A stretch of 64,000 nucleotides of DNA from Balanoglossus misakiensis (GCA_040954595.2 CM082596.2:3403025-3467024); one strand, 5' to 3'; positions 50,374 through 64,000 are shown, counted from the stretch's first letter. Notes: generated from the sequence alone by a model not told the origin. Numbers and translations are program-made.

Positions 50374-51291
50374 ACATCACTTTAACGGGATTATCATTAA
50401 ACAAAATTTAAATAAAACTGACAAGAGACAAAATAAAAAATTTGTGAGATATTTTTTTTGGCCATATTTTTTTTTTTCAATTGCTGTGCTGTGCATTGCA
50501 GAGTTCATTCCGTTTATAAGAAACTCAGCATTAGAAGTGACATCAATATTTTCAATATGTACTACACAGTTCTAGAAGCAACTACTCTAATCAACGCAGC
50601 CCCACAATGTACAGCCATGAGTCTGGTCTCTCTATATTTTTTTTTTTGAAAGAGGAAATAAACAGTTTCATATCTATACATTGCAGTAATAGCACACAAA
50701 CTGTATGGTCTCTATGTGTGTATTAAAAAGTAAGCTCATTTTTACTAATTTCATAGGTGTATCAGATCTGAGTGATTATTTTATATTTTTTTGTCTTTTT
50801 TATAGCAATTCACAATACATACAGGCACACATAAAAACTCTTTTTAATTTAAAACTCAGCAATAATGCAAGTCAAAATAGTTGTCTCTAAAATTCTACAC
50901 ACTCACATCAAAATTTGGGAGGGGGAGGGGGGAGGGAAGTCCAACACAAAGAAAAAAAACATGGTCTGAAATGTGAGGCTACCCATTGAGTTAAAGTTGA
51001 AAACCTTCCCCCGTTTTTTTGTTGTTGAGGAATTCACCGTCTGTGGGGCGTGGTTGTCAGGCGCCCGTGGCCGAACCTCGGAGATTACACACTATGAATG
51101 CCTGGGCCCGAAAAACTCCCAGCACGTGTATGTACACTGTGACAGTAGGTGGTGATATTTGTGGTTTTTTTGGTGACACCTCCACGGACAGGAGAAAAAA
51201 AAGTAGCAGCCGAATCTCAATCGCAGAGGGTAAAGAGAGAGAGAGAGAAAATAGTGTATACAGCACGCGGAAAGATCGACTGAAAAACCGA

Positions 51292-54200
51292 TCACAGTGA
51301 CAATTTCCCCATACGCGTTAGTGCTCTCACAGCATTGAAAGCTTTCTGTGAAGTGAAAGGCAAAAGATAGAGTTAGTATTGTGAACATACATAGAAAACA
51401 GAAAAACCTGGAACTGAAAGAAAGCAATATATTGTCAGTTATAGTGATGATAACAATCAATGTACCCTCTCTGAGACAAATTCCGTTTTAACATGACACA
51501 CACCCCTTTGCACTGTATCTGCACATATAAGGGCAGATTGGCATGAGACGATACATACGTACATATAATAATTAGTACACTGTGCAAGGAGGTTATTGTG
51601 TTAGCACTATGTATGACGTAGTCATTCCTCAGATCGGGTTGGAGGAAAATTCTTGCAAGGAGAGATAAATTCCAAGTCGGAACACAAGCTGTGATGTGTC
51701 AGCTAGTCTATGAAGGGCATAGCAAATGGCATATTGGATGGTTAACAACTGAGGGGTCGTTGGGGATTCAACTTACCATGGCAACAAATCTGTGCAGTGT
51801 ACATCCGAGTGTTACGTGCTTTGGTGGAGATGCATGGTAAGCTTAGCAAGTCAGGGTATTTTTTAGTTGTCAGTTATTAGGCAAAGAAAAAACATTAGTA
51901 CATAAGTAGTTATTAAAAAAGGTGGATTTCTCTGGTTAACATGGTAACGGTAGTTTAGGTCTGAACAGGTCACTCTCATGACGTTACATCCTGGTGTATC
52001 AAAGTGGCCACTATAGACAAGTGTCCTCTATCTAGAGGTGGGTATTATACAGGATTGACTGTACATGTATGTGCTTTGGGTTGTCGGTGGACCACAGTGT
52101 TATGATGGGTTGTGCATTTTCCAGTGTTAGTACATTAAAATGCGGGACGGATATTCAGGATGTAAAATCACAAAAATAACAGAAAATGGTTATTTGTACT
52201 GACCTGCCACTTTCGTCTTGCCAAGAACCGTCTGATCCTGGCCTTGGAGATTTTGTGCGAGCTAGCAACATCTTTCTGCAATGGCGAAATAGAACGAGAT
52301 CATGTTAGACACAGAACAGGTGATGACGTCTGTTTTTACACAGTAGTGTTCATACTGGCTGCATCAGAATTATTTAGAAACAGCAATGTAAGGCAGGTTC
52401 GACTGAAAATGTTGACCAAGCCACTGTAGAAATGGAGGAATTTTCTTACCTTTAACCAATCAGCTTCTAGGGCGTCTGCTGCTGATAATCTCTCCCTGTA
52501 CAGCAAAAGAACAACAACCGAGAACGGTCAATCATTTCATTCTACAAGACAGCAACCTTATCTATGTCAGTGGAGCGGTCCCAGTGAACAAAAAACTTCC
52601 AATAAATCATCACAGAGAAGGGAAAAAATCACAAAGCACTCACCTAGGGTTGAGAACAAGAAGATTTTCAATAAATTCCTTAGATGCATCAGAGATCTCG
52701 TCAAAGGACTCATCCTCAAAGTCCCATTCGGCCGATGTGACGTTAGACATGGTCTCTCCATCATTGTCTCCCATGAATGGCGAGAGACCACTGAGCAGGA
52801 CGTAGCAGATGACACCTACGCTCCACATGTCTGTAGCCTTTGTAATCTTGTCGTAATTTATAACTTCGGGTGCTGTAAACTCTGGTGTACCGAACATTAC
52901 TTTAAGGGTTTCTTTCGGGTTGTATTTTCGAGCCAGGCCAAAGTCAATAATTTTGATCTTATTACTCTTAGGCCTTACACAGAGAATATTTTCAGGCTGT
53001 GAAAATAAGAGAGAAGAAAAGTGGTTTGTTAGTTCTTTATTCCATTGAATATATATAGCTACTTTTGAGCAGCAGCAAGGGCTGCAATGGCTTGTTGCAG
53101 AGATCTGTTGATAAACAGACGTCATCTGATTTGCCCGACTTTTGTATTATGCTGGCCTAGGAAATTACTGGGGAAATAGCTAGCATATCAGCATTCTATG
53201 TGTCATAGTTTCAATCCCCACAGGACATGAAGTACATATCAATTCTAAACATCCATCAAGATGCTATGAGCAACATCGTCTGCCTCTAGAAATGTTTGGA
53301 GCATTTCTTGTATTCTTTGCATCACTCAATTAATGGCCTGTGTCTGTACATCTTTGACCTTGGCTCTAAACTTTTGTCATTGAATGACCTTAAGTCATTC
53401 ACCTCGCTGTGGTGTCAACCGAAAAAATTTAATGTGAAGCGATCAGAAGAATCTGGGCCAATCAAAGGGTTTACTTGATAAAAGAATGTTATCAATTCAC
53501 TGCTGGGGCAATGTACTCACACATAACCAATTCAAAATTAATGGGAACTAGCCCTATAGCTAAACTAATTACAGACTACTGCATTTGTGGTTGCGTTGGC
53601 AGTACTTGTTTATAAGAAACTGTATATCCTAGGGATGTAAATTAAGGATATACAAAAGTTGCCCGCAGCAAATATCATTGGCATGGCAGAGATGTCACGT
53701 GCCATCATAGCAGGGGGTTCGCTTAGTTTACATATGTTTACATGTTTTCAAAAAACATCAAGGTTTCAGAGGTTTGTAGTTGCATGGTTGTTACATTCTG
53801 GGTTTGTTTTATCAACAAGGAATATATTTGCATTATTCTGCAAGTAGGAAATGAAAATACAGAATAACAGAATGTCTGAAACTAGATATGATGGATGGAG
53901 ATGAGCTGAACCTATTTTCCTTGTACTCTGGTCCAATCTCAGCAGTGAAATGCCAAGGACTAAACCAAAGTACAGTGATGATGAGGGGAGGGAGGGGTTG
54001 GCCTTACCTTCATATCCAGATGAATGATGTTTTTCTTATGCATGAATACTACGCCGTCACATATCTGCCTCATGAAGAACACAACTTCTTTCTCTGTCAG
54101 TTGGAAATCTTCTGCAACAACACGTTCAAACAACTCTCCACCAGATACACTGTAAGTGGAAAAACATTCAGATTTAATGATGAGACAATGACAGTCAATG

Positions 54201-57200
54201 AAGATGCAGGCTGAGTTAATGAAAATGCAACTTGAATCAGTGAAAATAAATAGTTCTATGATCTACGATAACTTCTTTCAAATGTTCCTGTGTCTGACAG
54301 GTCAACAATTTCCATGCATGACTGGAAACCAAGAGTGACGTTTCCACGGAAACACACCATGGCCAGTGTCAGTGGTATACTCACAATTCCAAAATTAGTA
54401 CATAGTTATCTCCTGATGCGAAGGCGTCGTACAGCTGCAATAGTTTTGGGTGTTGTAAAATTTGCATGATGGAAACCTCATTGTCTACTTCCTCTCTGTC
54501 AGTTTGCGATGTCACTTTGATGAATTTGGCTGCGAGAATTCTTTTCGTCTTCTTTTCTACACATTTATTAACTGTTCCGAATTTTCCCCTGAAAAAGGAA
54601 AGAAGACCATGAAAAGATTTCCGTTAATAACAATCGCATACATGTGAATGCTATTGTATGGTGCCCTTCCTGGAGAATGTATGGTCAACTTAGAAGACAG
54701 CATATGAAGTATTGACATATTAATGACAATATCTATAAAATTATGGATGTCGCTCACATTTTTTGTCGTTCACAAGAAAAAAATCTGACAAGAATAAATT
54801 TCGAAATGTCATTTTCTTCAATAGCTACAATTATTTTTGTTCGCTATAAGAATTCCAAAGAGACAAGCACTGTAATTTCATTTGTTCATCATTTTCTTCA
54901 GAAATCATAGCTGGAACTGCAAGAGTCTGTTTAACTCATCCTTGCATGGGGTCAGTCGGCCAATAAAAACGAGCGAGTGTTGAAAGTCAAAAAAGGTATC
55001 AAGCGAGGCATGAAATTTCCGCGAGGTTATGAATGGAATGGACGGTGTGGTCACGTCACGCAGAAGAATGCAGTTTCTATTCCTGACCAAGAAATTGCTT
55101 ATTATTAAACCAAGTATGGGGAAACAACTGCTTATTTATGGTGGAAACTAATCCCTTGGCCTGTTAGTGTCTTTCCATATGAACAGCGCAAACTCTTTGG
55201 AGTTATTTTTCTGCTTCTGTCTTTATTTTTCTCTGTCTGTGTTCTGGGGTGAGTGATGAAACTATGTCTGTTTTTTGCACAGGCTTGGCGTTATTAAGCC
55301 GCAGTCCAAGTATGTGTGATACTTTCAGGTCATTCCAAATGTCAACATGTCAAGTCAGAAAATGGTCTTTCGTATCAGTTGACTGGGGAGGAAAGGCATT
55401 AGCTGGAGTAGATGGATTTTTTTGCTTCCACATATCTCTATATTTGCTAGAGTTCTTCTCTCAGTTTTATGGCATGAAAATTTGAGAATAATCACGGATG
55501 AAGCCAAAAACAGCTGAGAGCAGATAACAAGGCAATCTTTTTTTAAACTTTGAAGTCAAATGCTTCCAATTTTTCAAACATCTGATGCTGTCTATCCTGT
55601 CGTGTTAAATGTTGCCCCATTTTGGTCAAAGGTTAAAGTTGAAACCTCCTGGATGAAATAAACTATGGCAGAACGAGGAGTACTGCTGATAATCAGTCTT
55701 TTTCCTGACATTTTTATGGCCACAGAGATATGCTACAAGTTCTGCTCTGTGATGAAAAAGTAGTGGCCTGACAGAAAACAATTTAAGTACATTCACATCA
55801 TGTAAAAACATTTGACTTTTACTCTACTGTACTGAACAAAAAATATTTTCATATTGCTTCATCCAGCTGCCAAACTGACTAGGGCAATAATCAACCAGCG
55901 GGAGAATTCATAAAGTTGGTATTCACTTCTAACAATTGGAGACATTCCAAAGGTACTAAAGTTTGGTTTTATGGCCTCGAGCAGATTTTAGACTGCTTCC
56001 AGCCGCCCTGCCTCGAAGCAGCAGAATCCAGTTCACAATGCAGTGGTGTGATTTTTCCCTTGTGCATTCCGGTGACCGGACACACAGAAGCTGATCACTT
56101 ACCTTCCAAGTTCTTCCTTGATTTGATAGAAGTCTCGAACATTTGTGTCCTTAACTTTTACATCTCTCGGTTCAAAAGCTTGTTCATCTGTAAAAATACA
56201 AACAGAAATACATTTTTTATCATTTATTTAAGTTCCATGGTTTCAAGAAAGAGATGAGCATATAAACTTTTTAACAATCAATGTCTTTAAATGTTTCACC
56301 TTACTGCTCTAAACTTAAAAAAAATTTGATTTCTGTTGAAAAAGATTAACTACAATGAATTTGTAAATGAATCACAGTGCCTCAACTTTATGCCAGAGCA
56401 ACTCCTCAATTTATTTTTGAATTCACAATCATCCAGTTTGATGTGGCCTCTAGTCACAGAATTTTAACCTTCCGACAGTCCATCATGGCGTGAGCAACAT
56501 GTTGTTTTTAAAACTGGTGCGTTCTAATTATTTTTCTGAACCTTTGAGGACAAAACAGTTTAAAATGCGGACACAGACATTGACAGTAAGTGGGGGAATG
56601 ACGTCAATGGCGGTAACCATATATGGCCATCGACTGTAAACTCGTACAAGGGGGTAGAGAGAGCTTCTCTGCCCAGTTGATAATTTACGCGCACGCACAC
56701 AAATCATTTAACACCCAGGGAGTTAAGTGCACAGTGAACTTGGTGGACGGAAGCATGGGGAGCGAGAGTATCGCGACATGTCGCGACACATTTCAGGCAA
56801 CGGTGGGTGTTTTCCCCGAAAGCTGGGCAGTGTCTGCCAGCCGGAAAGTCAAACTCGGCTACTGGAATTACTGATAGGGCAGTGAAGGAATGTCCCGCAG
56901 TTTGCCGTGACAGCCTCAGTAATGGAAGTTGAAGATGTCAACAGAGGGAGGGACAGTCGGGGGAGTTTTTTTCAAATCACTACTCGACTCATCCGCGCAG
57001 GGCCTCTGGTCATCTTCAGGCACAGCGCAATCACCAAGACCAAGTACAAATCAGACATCTCTCCCTTGGTGTTTCCCTTATTAAAATATGCCTGTTGGCT
57101 CAATTCACCAACTCACTCACCCCCAAAAATTAACATTAAATATCTTACCTGGTTCATCTTCTTCATCAACTTCTTCCTCTGTGTCAAAAATAAAAATACA

Positions 57201-58256
57201 CAGCCTCGGGGTTAGAAATCTGTTTCTCATCAATTACAGCTGCAAGTGCGTGAAATAAGTTAATTGCCTTAACTGATTGAATACAAACATTTCCGAACAG
57301 TCAAATAAGATACGGTGCATTTCTTATATAAGTGCATAATGAAAGAAATCATAGTTGCCAGTAATGATCATGGCAACATCCTGGATAAAAAAAGTTGTTT
57401 AAGTGTTTCGGATTTTACTAAAATATAAAACCAAAAGTATATTACACACTTACGTGGATTGTCTGTTGGTTGAATTTCATCTGACACAAGGCTCGGTTTA
57501 CTCTTCCCGACCGCGTTGACGCAGCACACTCGGAAAAAGTACTTTTCCGTCATCTTCAGACCGTTGACTTGATAAGATGTGCTGAAGACGTCTTCTGTCA
57601 TCACCTTCCAGGTTCTGTCACCTTTCTTCTGCATTTCCACCACATAGCCTGTGACTATGCTGCCACCATCATATGTTGTACCCGGCCACACCACTGTGAC
57701 AGAATCTTTGGTGACTTTATCAGCAAAGGGTCTATCTGCTGGCGGATCTGGGGGCTCTGAAACATTTCAAAAGAATGTTTTAATACATACTTCCAAATAT
57801 GAACAAAATATAACTACAGTTTTGCGGTTATAGAGTTGGAGAAATTATGAGATAATCTTTGGAAGCGATTCTTGAGTATAAACGCATGACAGACTGTTTA
57901 AATGTTTCTCGGTAATTTACATTCACGGCCTTCGGAGATGACAGAACACCCAGTACAAGACCCATAAAACTGCCTAGAACTGGCTCAGGTTTATTTCATC
58001 AGATGACAAGCCTTTTGAGTTAGCGATGAAGACTTGGTAAATATCAGTAAAAAATGTTCAAAAAAATAACAATTTCCAAGGGACGGGGAAAGACGGCCAT
58101 GGCTGATGATCCGTGTAACAGCTGTGGGTGGGTGGAATAGTGGACAAGATGTACGATGGTTTGTCTGTAGTTTACAAGACCGAAAAAAAAAAATTGACAA
58201 GACAACGCCCTGAAATTGAAGTTCAAAGAAAAAGACGACTCACCCTTTGTTGCCAT
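51292..58256 (-). CDS. MYLK: Myosin light chain kinase, smooth-muscle-like (Fn3 - kinase 1 - CaM-binding tail); ~433 aa from the in-window ATG, further 5' exons may lie outside the window
   Basis: Exons 58256-58244 (MATK), 57756-57454 (Fn3: PPDPPADRP...YDGGS), 57178-57149, 56187-56103, 54588-54385, 54149-54008, 52996-52644, 52495-52450, 52275-52204, 51345-51292 (1302 nt). Motifs: ELGRGKFG, VSGGELFERVV.EDFQLTE, HLDMKPENILCV, LKVMFGTPEF.APEVINY, GLSPFMGDNDGET..NVTSAEWDF, RRKWQKAFNAVRALTRM. These closely parallel vertebrate MYLK. Confidence 0.92.
52001..52063 (-). mobile_element. Solo terminal inverted repeat fragment of a Tc1/mariner-pogo-like MITE
   Basis: Minus strand TACAGTCAATCCTGTATAATACCCACCTCTAGATAGAGGACACTTGTCTATAGTGGCCACTTT has a TA-CAGT terminus and internally repeated subterminal motifs. 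No partner TIR was found. Confidence 0.45.
56595..56626. promoter_or_regulatory. Compact MCAT + CRE + CArG cluster in a CpG-enriched MYLK intron
   Basis: GGAATG (56595), TGACGTCA (56599) and CCATATATGG (56617) fall within 32 bp; a second GGAATG is at 56887. Confidence 0.55.
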
Positions 58257-59500
58257 GATGATGCTTCTCTTCTTTCTGTCGAGTTAGAAAAAAGAAAGAG
58301 AGAAAAAAAATTGGTGACTTTGTCCCAATTTTTCGAGGAGCCACAATAATGGTAGTGCTGACTCAACTGGGGCCCTGCCTGATCTGTAATGGGTAGAATT
58401 CCCCTACTGCACTGTTGGACGGATGAAATTTCCAACCTACATGGCTCGGATTTCTGAACCCCAGATGCAAAAAATGTCAGCAATTTTCCATCATGGCTTC
58501 GGAATAAAATATGAACCACATATGGCTGCTGTCAGTTTTTTTTCTATAAACAAGTCTGGCATTGGCAGGGACTGTGAACACAAAGTGTTCAGGCTGGGTT
58601 TTAGAATGACTTTGAGAGAGAAAAAGCGTTTCACTCAGGGCAGAGAGATAAGAAGATTATGATTGTCAAGGTTTGTCAAGTTTGATGCATTCCTTTACTT
58701 GAGCATAAAAGAAGTTGCAAAGACCGCGATTGGTTTGAGTATCGTCGACATTGTCTGTTAGAAAAAAAATTCTGTAGTAAAACTAATGAACTGAAAACAA
58801 TGAAGAGAAAATTTTCTTCGGTTTATCAAGCTAGCCTTGAGGGGAGAAAAGTACAAGACGATCTGTACGACATTAAGAAAGTGAACATTTCCCAATCAGA
58901 ACATACCACATTCCTTTCTTAGTCAATTTAAACAACCCTTCGCGAAAAGCGACCAATAAATACAAAAAAACAGAGGGAAGAAACTTAAAGATGGGTTTAC
59001 AGGGAAGAAAAAGTGAGAGATCAGTGAAGGGAAAATGGTGTAAGAACTTACATGTCTTCAGGTAGCAGTAGAATGCCCCCTATCAGTTAACATATAACAC
59101 ATTCAATATAGCTGGGGATAAATTTCTCTGGACAGCAATGCCCCATGGGTAGGAAAAGCTGTCAGCTCATTTTAATATTACAATATCAGCCTTGTGGAGA
59201 GCAAGAAGAGATGCCGAATTAGCATCTGCATTGAAATTGAACCCTCACCTGTGTAAATCAAGGGCTGTACTCTTTTTTTCTCCTGGTGCACCTGCAAATT
59301 AAGGAAGAAAGACCATGTTCAGGAAACGAGAGAAAGAGAGAACTTCACTTTGGAATAGTTAGAATATGTTAATGTGGCTGATCATGTGACCTGCATGCCA
59401 TCTGAACCCAGAGTGGCATCACAACACAATAAACATAAATGATGATAGCCGGCAGTGAAGTATTATGGGATGGGATGCTGGAATCTGTGCGCTGACACCA

Positions 59501-59510
59501 CCATATTTGG
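59501..59510. promoter_or_regulatory. CArG box CCATATTTGG ~1.25 kb upstream of the MATK exon
   Basis: Exact CC(A/T)6GG match upstream of a candidate first exon of a muscle kinase. Confidence 0.35.
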
Positions 59511-62500
59511 CACTGTGTGTATTGAAATGAAAAGCACTTTCACCGACCATATGCTCTGTCATTGACCACATTTACTGCACTGACTTCAATACTGTGGCCG
59601 TCCTGTCACCCCATTCACAAAAACTAATTCTTTCCTGTTTTACCCAGGAGTAATAAGTCACTATTTCCTTACATCCTTTTCATTCTCAAACACTGCATTG
59701 ATATTTTCGAATAGTTTGAGAATTTACTGACGTCCGCCTTGTTTGCGGTCTATATGATGGGCCCATCCCTTGATGACATGCCTGAAATGATGTCCCCTGA
59801 AACTGACAAGGTTACACAGATGCAAGGCGCAGTGTGTTTATATATAGCACTCTTGAAATCCTAGACAAGCACCACAGATTGTGGTGTTTTCTACTGGCCG
59901 AAAATTCACCGAGGACCTGGCCATGACTAAAATAATCCTTTCTAGGGGGTTAGATTTGGTCATGTCCACACTTATACACTTGAAGTCAAGTTTCTAATGC
60001 GGACCCCGCCTTTATCTGTACAAAATATTAAAACTTCAAGATGTACACCATGGCATCAAAAACTCTGGAATTCAACAATCTTCAAATGAAAATCTTTCAG
60101 TTGAATTTAACAGTAGAGAAAAATTCTTCAACACAACTCATTTTCTTGCTCCGTCAGAAGGAGAATAGTATCAACATTCCTCAAATTCTGTAAAGATATT
60201 TAATTGACTTGTATAACAAACGACCAGCAATGTAAACATCAGGAGAGTGGGGTACACAAGGCAGAGGTTGTCTGGATCGCCTCCTAAACCACGTAAACAG
60301 TAAATGAATTTTAATGTTTGTGGCGAGGACAAAATTTAATAGGGGCACAGATCTTTGAACTGCGTTAAATAAAAAGCCATGTATTTAATTTCTGAAAAAT
60401 ATAAGGGATACCCATTAAATTTTTACACTCGTGATGTAATCGTTTTGTTCTAGTACAGAGTGTATGGTACATATCATTGATTTTGTAGAAGCTGTCTTTT
60501 CTGATTGTCTTGATAAGAAGAGATACTTGTGTGTGGGGCGTCAAAGCAGCAAACGGGCTCCCACCATGTCTGGAATGCATCAAGGATTCTGACAAAGTTC
60601 CCTTGATTTCAATTTTCTGACTTTAATGAGTTGCCTTGTGATTGCACTCCCCGCCTGTAATGATACGCTTTGAGGTCAAAGAGACACACGCACCATGCAC
60701 TGCAAGGTTACCACGCCAACTGAAGACTGGTTCGAGATTCCGTCACCATGGTGATGGGGAAGGTCATAGGTTATTGCGGCAAATGCTTCTAAAGATGAGC
60801 CATGAATACTGCCACCATATGACATGATCGAAGAAATTTGCTGAGTTTCTGATAGCATTCACAGTATTTCTTTATCGCTGAGTGTGAGTACACCATTATA
60901 AGCTAAAAGGTACAGATACTGGGAACCGTGTTTGGTTAAATTTAATTAAATTGATGTCAGGTACTACATCTATGAATCTACAAAAGTTAGCATCATTTTG
61001 ACTACCCAATATTTCTTTCTAACAGGTGTACAGTCACCTAATATGTAAATTTGATGCCATGTACGGTATACTTCACTAGCAAGTTGGTGACATTGGGCAG
61101 GAAATTTATTTTATGTTCTTAAAATTTAATGGTCTACTTCTGGTATGATTTCAGATACCATAGCCTACCTCAAGGCTGAAAAGATTAATTTCAAAAGTGT
61201 TCCTTCTCATTCACTGAAACAAGTGCATGTTTCATCCTTGACATGGAACTTTGCGATATCTCATTTCCTATAGAGGATTTTATTACATTTTAATGTTTCC
61301 TAAGAGTTATTGATGATGTTTATTAAATATGATCTATATGGATATTAAAACATGGAGGTCACAATTGCAATTCACGTTGTTACATCATGTTACCCAAGGG
61401 AGGGTGGTATCCCTCATCTACTGGCTTTTTCTATGCTGGGGGCGCTAATTTTTCAGAATTTGTTATGTTGATCTATTGTCACACACATAATTGTCAGTTG
61501 TCATTTTATTGTTATTTCATGGTTGTATGACTATGACGTTCTCCTAAAGGAACATGTAAGAATCCATGAACTGGTTTATCAAATTTATTTTCTTGGATAT
61601 CATAGAGAGTATAGACCAATTAATCAACACCAAGTTTATAGCAGAGTATTCTTTTGAAGGGACCCGATGGCATACCCAGGGTGTGTTCAACATGTGTGGA
61701 GTCGCACGTGCCGGGGCTAAAAAAGAAACAACTTTTAGTATACGAGGGGTCAAACCTTGCTGGAGTAAATTATTCATGACAGAGGGCTGATTTTATTTCA
61801 TCTGAAATGGCATGTCTCCCTGAATGGCGACACCGCTATGTTACCCATGTTTGCATTCTGACACGTAGATTTGAATGTGTGGGGGCTGGATGGTCACAGC
61901 TAGGGCTGACCTGTTCGAAGAGGCTGCATATCAACTTTGTAAACCTCTGCGAAAAAATACAGCAATATAATACTGACATGTTTCGTGATTAATTAATAGA
62001 GTTGTCTGAGATAGACGAGTCTGCTTTTCGAGTTTGATAGATTTGTTGATGAAAGTGATACATGTACATAACTGAACTCAATGCCTATTTGTGGATAATT
62101 GAGAGGCTTTTCTCTTGCTTCATCAACAACCTGATAAATTCTTTAAACTAAGCTAGGTGTAAAAAGATGAACACTTTTTGAAATCCTCACACTTGTGAGA
62201 AAAGGGAGCCACTTTGTTCAGAATAAGACTAGAGACATTTCAAGCATTTATGTCCACAAGAACCAGTGTTTTCATCTGGCAGTCATGTGACAGACATGCG
62301 GACAACACATGACAACTTCTCAAGGAGAAGAGCTATTGATCCCTTCTCTATATTACTATGGACTTGATATTGGACAGTACACATTCTTAATCTTCCAAAT
62401 CATCAGGTTGAATAAAAAGTTGGATATTTTCATTGCCAAAAATAGACTAAGTTTCATTGTAATGTATTATGGTTTCCCTTGGGAGCTGATAAATATGTTT

Positions 62501-63550
62501 GAGATGACCCAGATATTGATACAAAGTACATGTGTTAAATAGATATGATGCACATTACTTTGAAGGATGAGCAGCGTAAATATTTGATACTGGGCTAAAT
62601 TCAACCACATTTACATCCTAACAAGATATTAACACTGATTATAGTCAACATTTTTCATCACTGGCGTTTTGGGTATTAGCAATTTGTCTGAAAACTTTGT
62701 CTCATGAATTATTTGAATATTTACACAACAAGGGGAGATTGTTGATGGAGAACCCTACATAATTATGAAAACATCACCGATATTAAGAAGGAATTATGAA
62801 AATACAGATATAAAAGATGTAAACCAGGGTACTGAAAACAAGTTTCAGCTTGTGGTAAGGGTAGTGTGGGGGAGGGGGGGGGGGCTGTCATACTTAAGAC
62901 AACTGGCCCAGCATTGTTGCATCTGAGCAGTGGGTTCGAATTATTTCAAAAGACACACGAAAGAATGTTAACGCTGTAATGAATTGGAATCTGAAATATA
63001 ATCTGGACAACATTTTCATTCAGATCTATTTTACCTTGAACACGCACAAAATTATTTTACAAAAGAAAGGACATTGTTTTGTGAATGAATGCAGTCTTGG
63101 AAGTCAGTGCAGTATACAGGCATATGGCATTCAATGGTCGGTGATTGCGCAGAAAAATCACTGTGGTATTTTCTGGAACATTCTACGAAGTGTGGGATGA
63201 TCGCATAGCCAAAGGTCAGCAGTATTGTCTTACAGACTGATACTAAAAACAGTTGGTAGCTATCATCCCTCTTGGGACGCATCCAACAGGGGATTTAGGG
63301 TTCGACTTCACCCGGATGTTTGGCCTTAATTCCCCCTATCCCCAGATATGGAAGCTTCCTCACAGTACCGTATACTACACAAGGAAGATTCCATTCTGCA
63401 AGCATGTGGGGAAGTCAAGCAACAAAGAGAAAGGCAGCGGAGGTGTTTCACAGGAAATTAGATTTAATATTGTCCTTTTTTTGCTCAGAGAAACCAAAGC
63501 ACATGAGAGTATCACAAAATGAAAATTGAAACTACAAGTATGGTAGTCTA

Positions 63551-63570
63551 AGAAGAAGAAGAAGAAGAAG
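63551..63570. repeat. (AGA)n microsatellite
   Basis: AGAAGAAGAAGAAGAAGAAG. Confidence 0.7.
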
Positions 63571-64000
63571 GATAGAGCATAGTCTAGACTACACAGTTAG
63601 GCTGGGTTGGTACTTCACTGCTAGCTATCAAAAAAGCAGACACTCTAAGTCGTTAGCCATGCAGAAAGATCGCACTTGATTTATCAGAAATAAAATATCA
63701 AAATGAACAAGATTTCCATGTCTCCTGATCACAATTTCTGAAAATCATATGATGAAGTCTTGACAGAAAGAAGACTTGTTGACAGAAGAAATGACCTTTT
63801 GAACTTAAGCTTGTTTTTCTGAACGTTATTTCAGAGATGATTTCAGATTGTCTTGATGTCAGCCACCTTAACAGATTTCCACGAAGGAGGGGGGTTCGAA
63901 TGAGTGGAGAGTTCACTGCTGGGTAAAGTGATGTGACCGAATAAAAATAAAAATCTCCACAATGTCCGATATATAGTGATATCACAGTCACTACTAATAA

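Noticed and set aside
59249-59291. Possible 43-nt upstream exon (VHQEKKRVQPLIYT) in phase with the Fn3 exon
   Set aside because: The splice sites are plausible, but there is no upstream partner exon or homology in the window; it cannot be supported without reads.
58300-64000. Short ORFs (60-100 aa) here and throughout the large introns
   Set aside because: No domain motifs, many non-ATG starts, and no consistent splice chain; treated as chance ORFs. No upstream Ig exon of MYLK was recognisable.

Overview
Animal (invertebrate-type, AT-rich, intron-dense) nuclear DNA; the species cannot be fixed from sequence alone. 1-7694 is an 88-bp satellite array that ends in a fold-back, followed by a tRNA-like Pol III remnant and a hairpin. 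Next comes a divergent gene pair. On the minus strand is a 4-exon Fe/Mn superoxide dismutase (10724-8903) with an N-terminal signal peptide and a C-terminal HDEL, i.e. a predicted ER-lumenal Mn-type SOD. On the plus strand is a 15-exon mitochondrial medium-chain acyl-CoA synthetase (11500-16173) with one GC-AG intron. The remaining ~42 kb (58256-17055, minus strand) is a muscle kinase locus. A smooth-muscle-MLCK-like Fn3-kinase unit can end in a canonical calmodulin-binding exon, or splice in frame via an alternative exon into a SPEG/obscurin/UNC-89-type Ig/Fn3/tandem-kinase unit. My hand-built splice chain gives a 36-exon, ~2332-aa three-kinase protein. The locus also predicts a tail-anchored (C-terminal transmembrane) isoform, a short kinase-3-only isoform, and a U12-type intron. 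All gene models were assembled by hand from splice-site and phase consistency; there is no transcript evidence.
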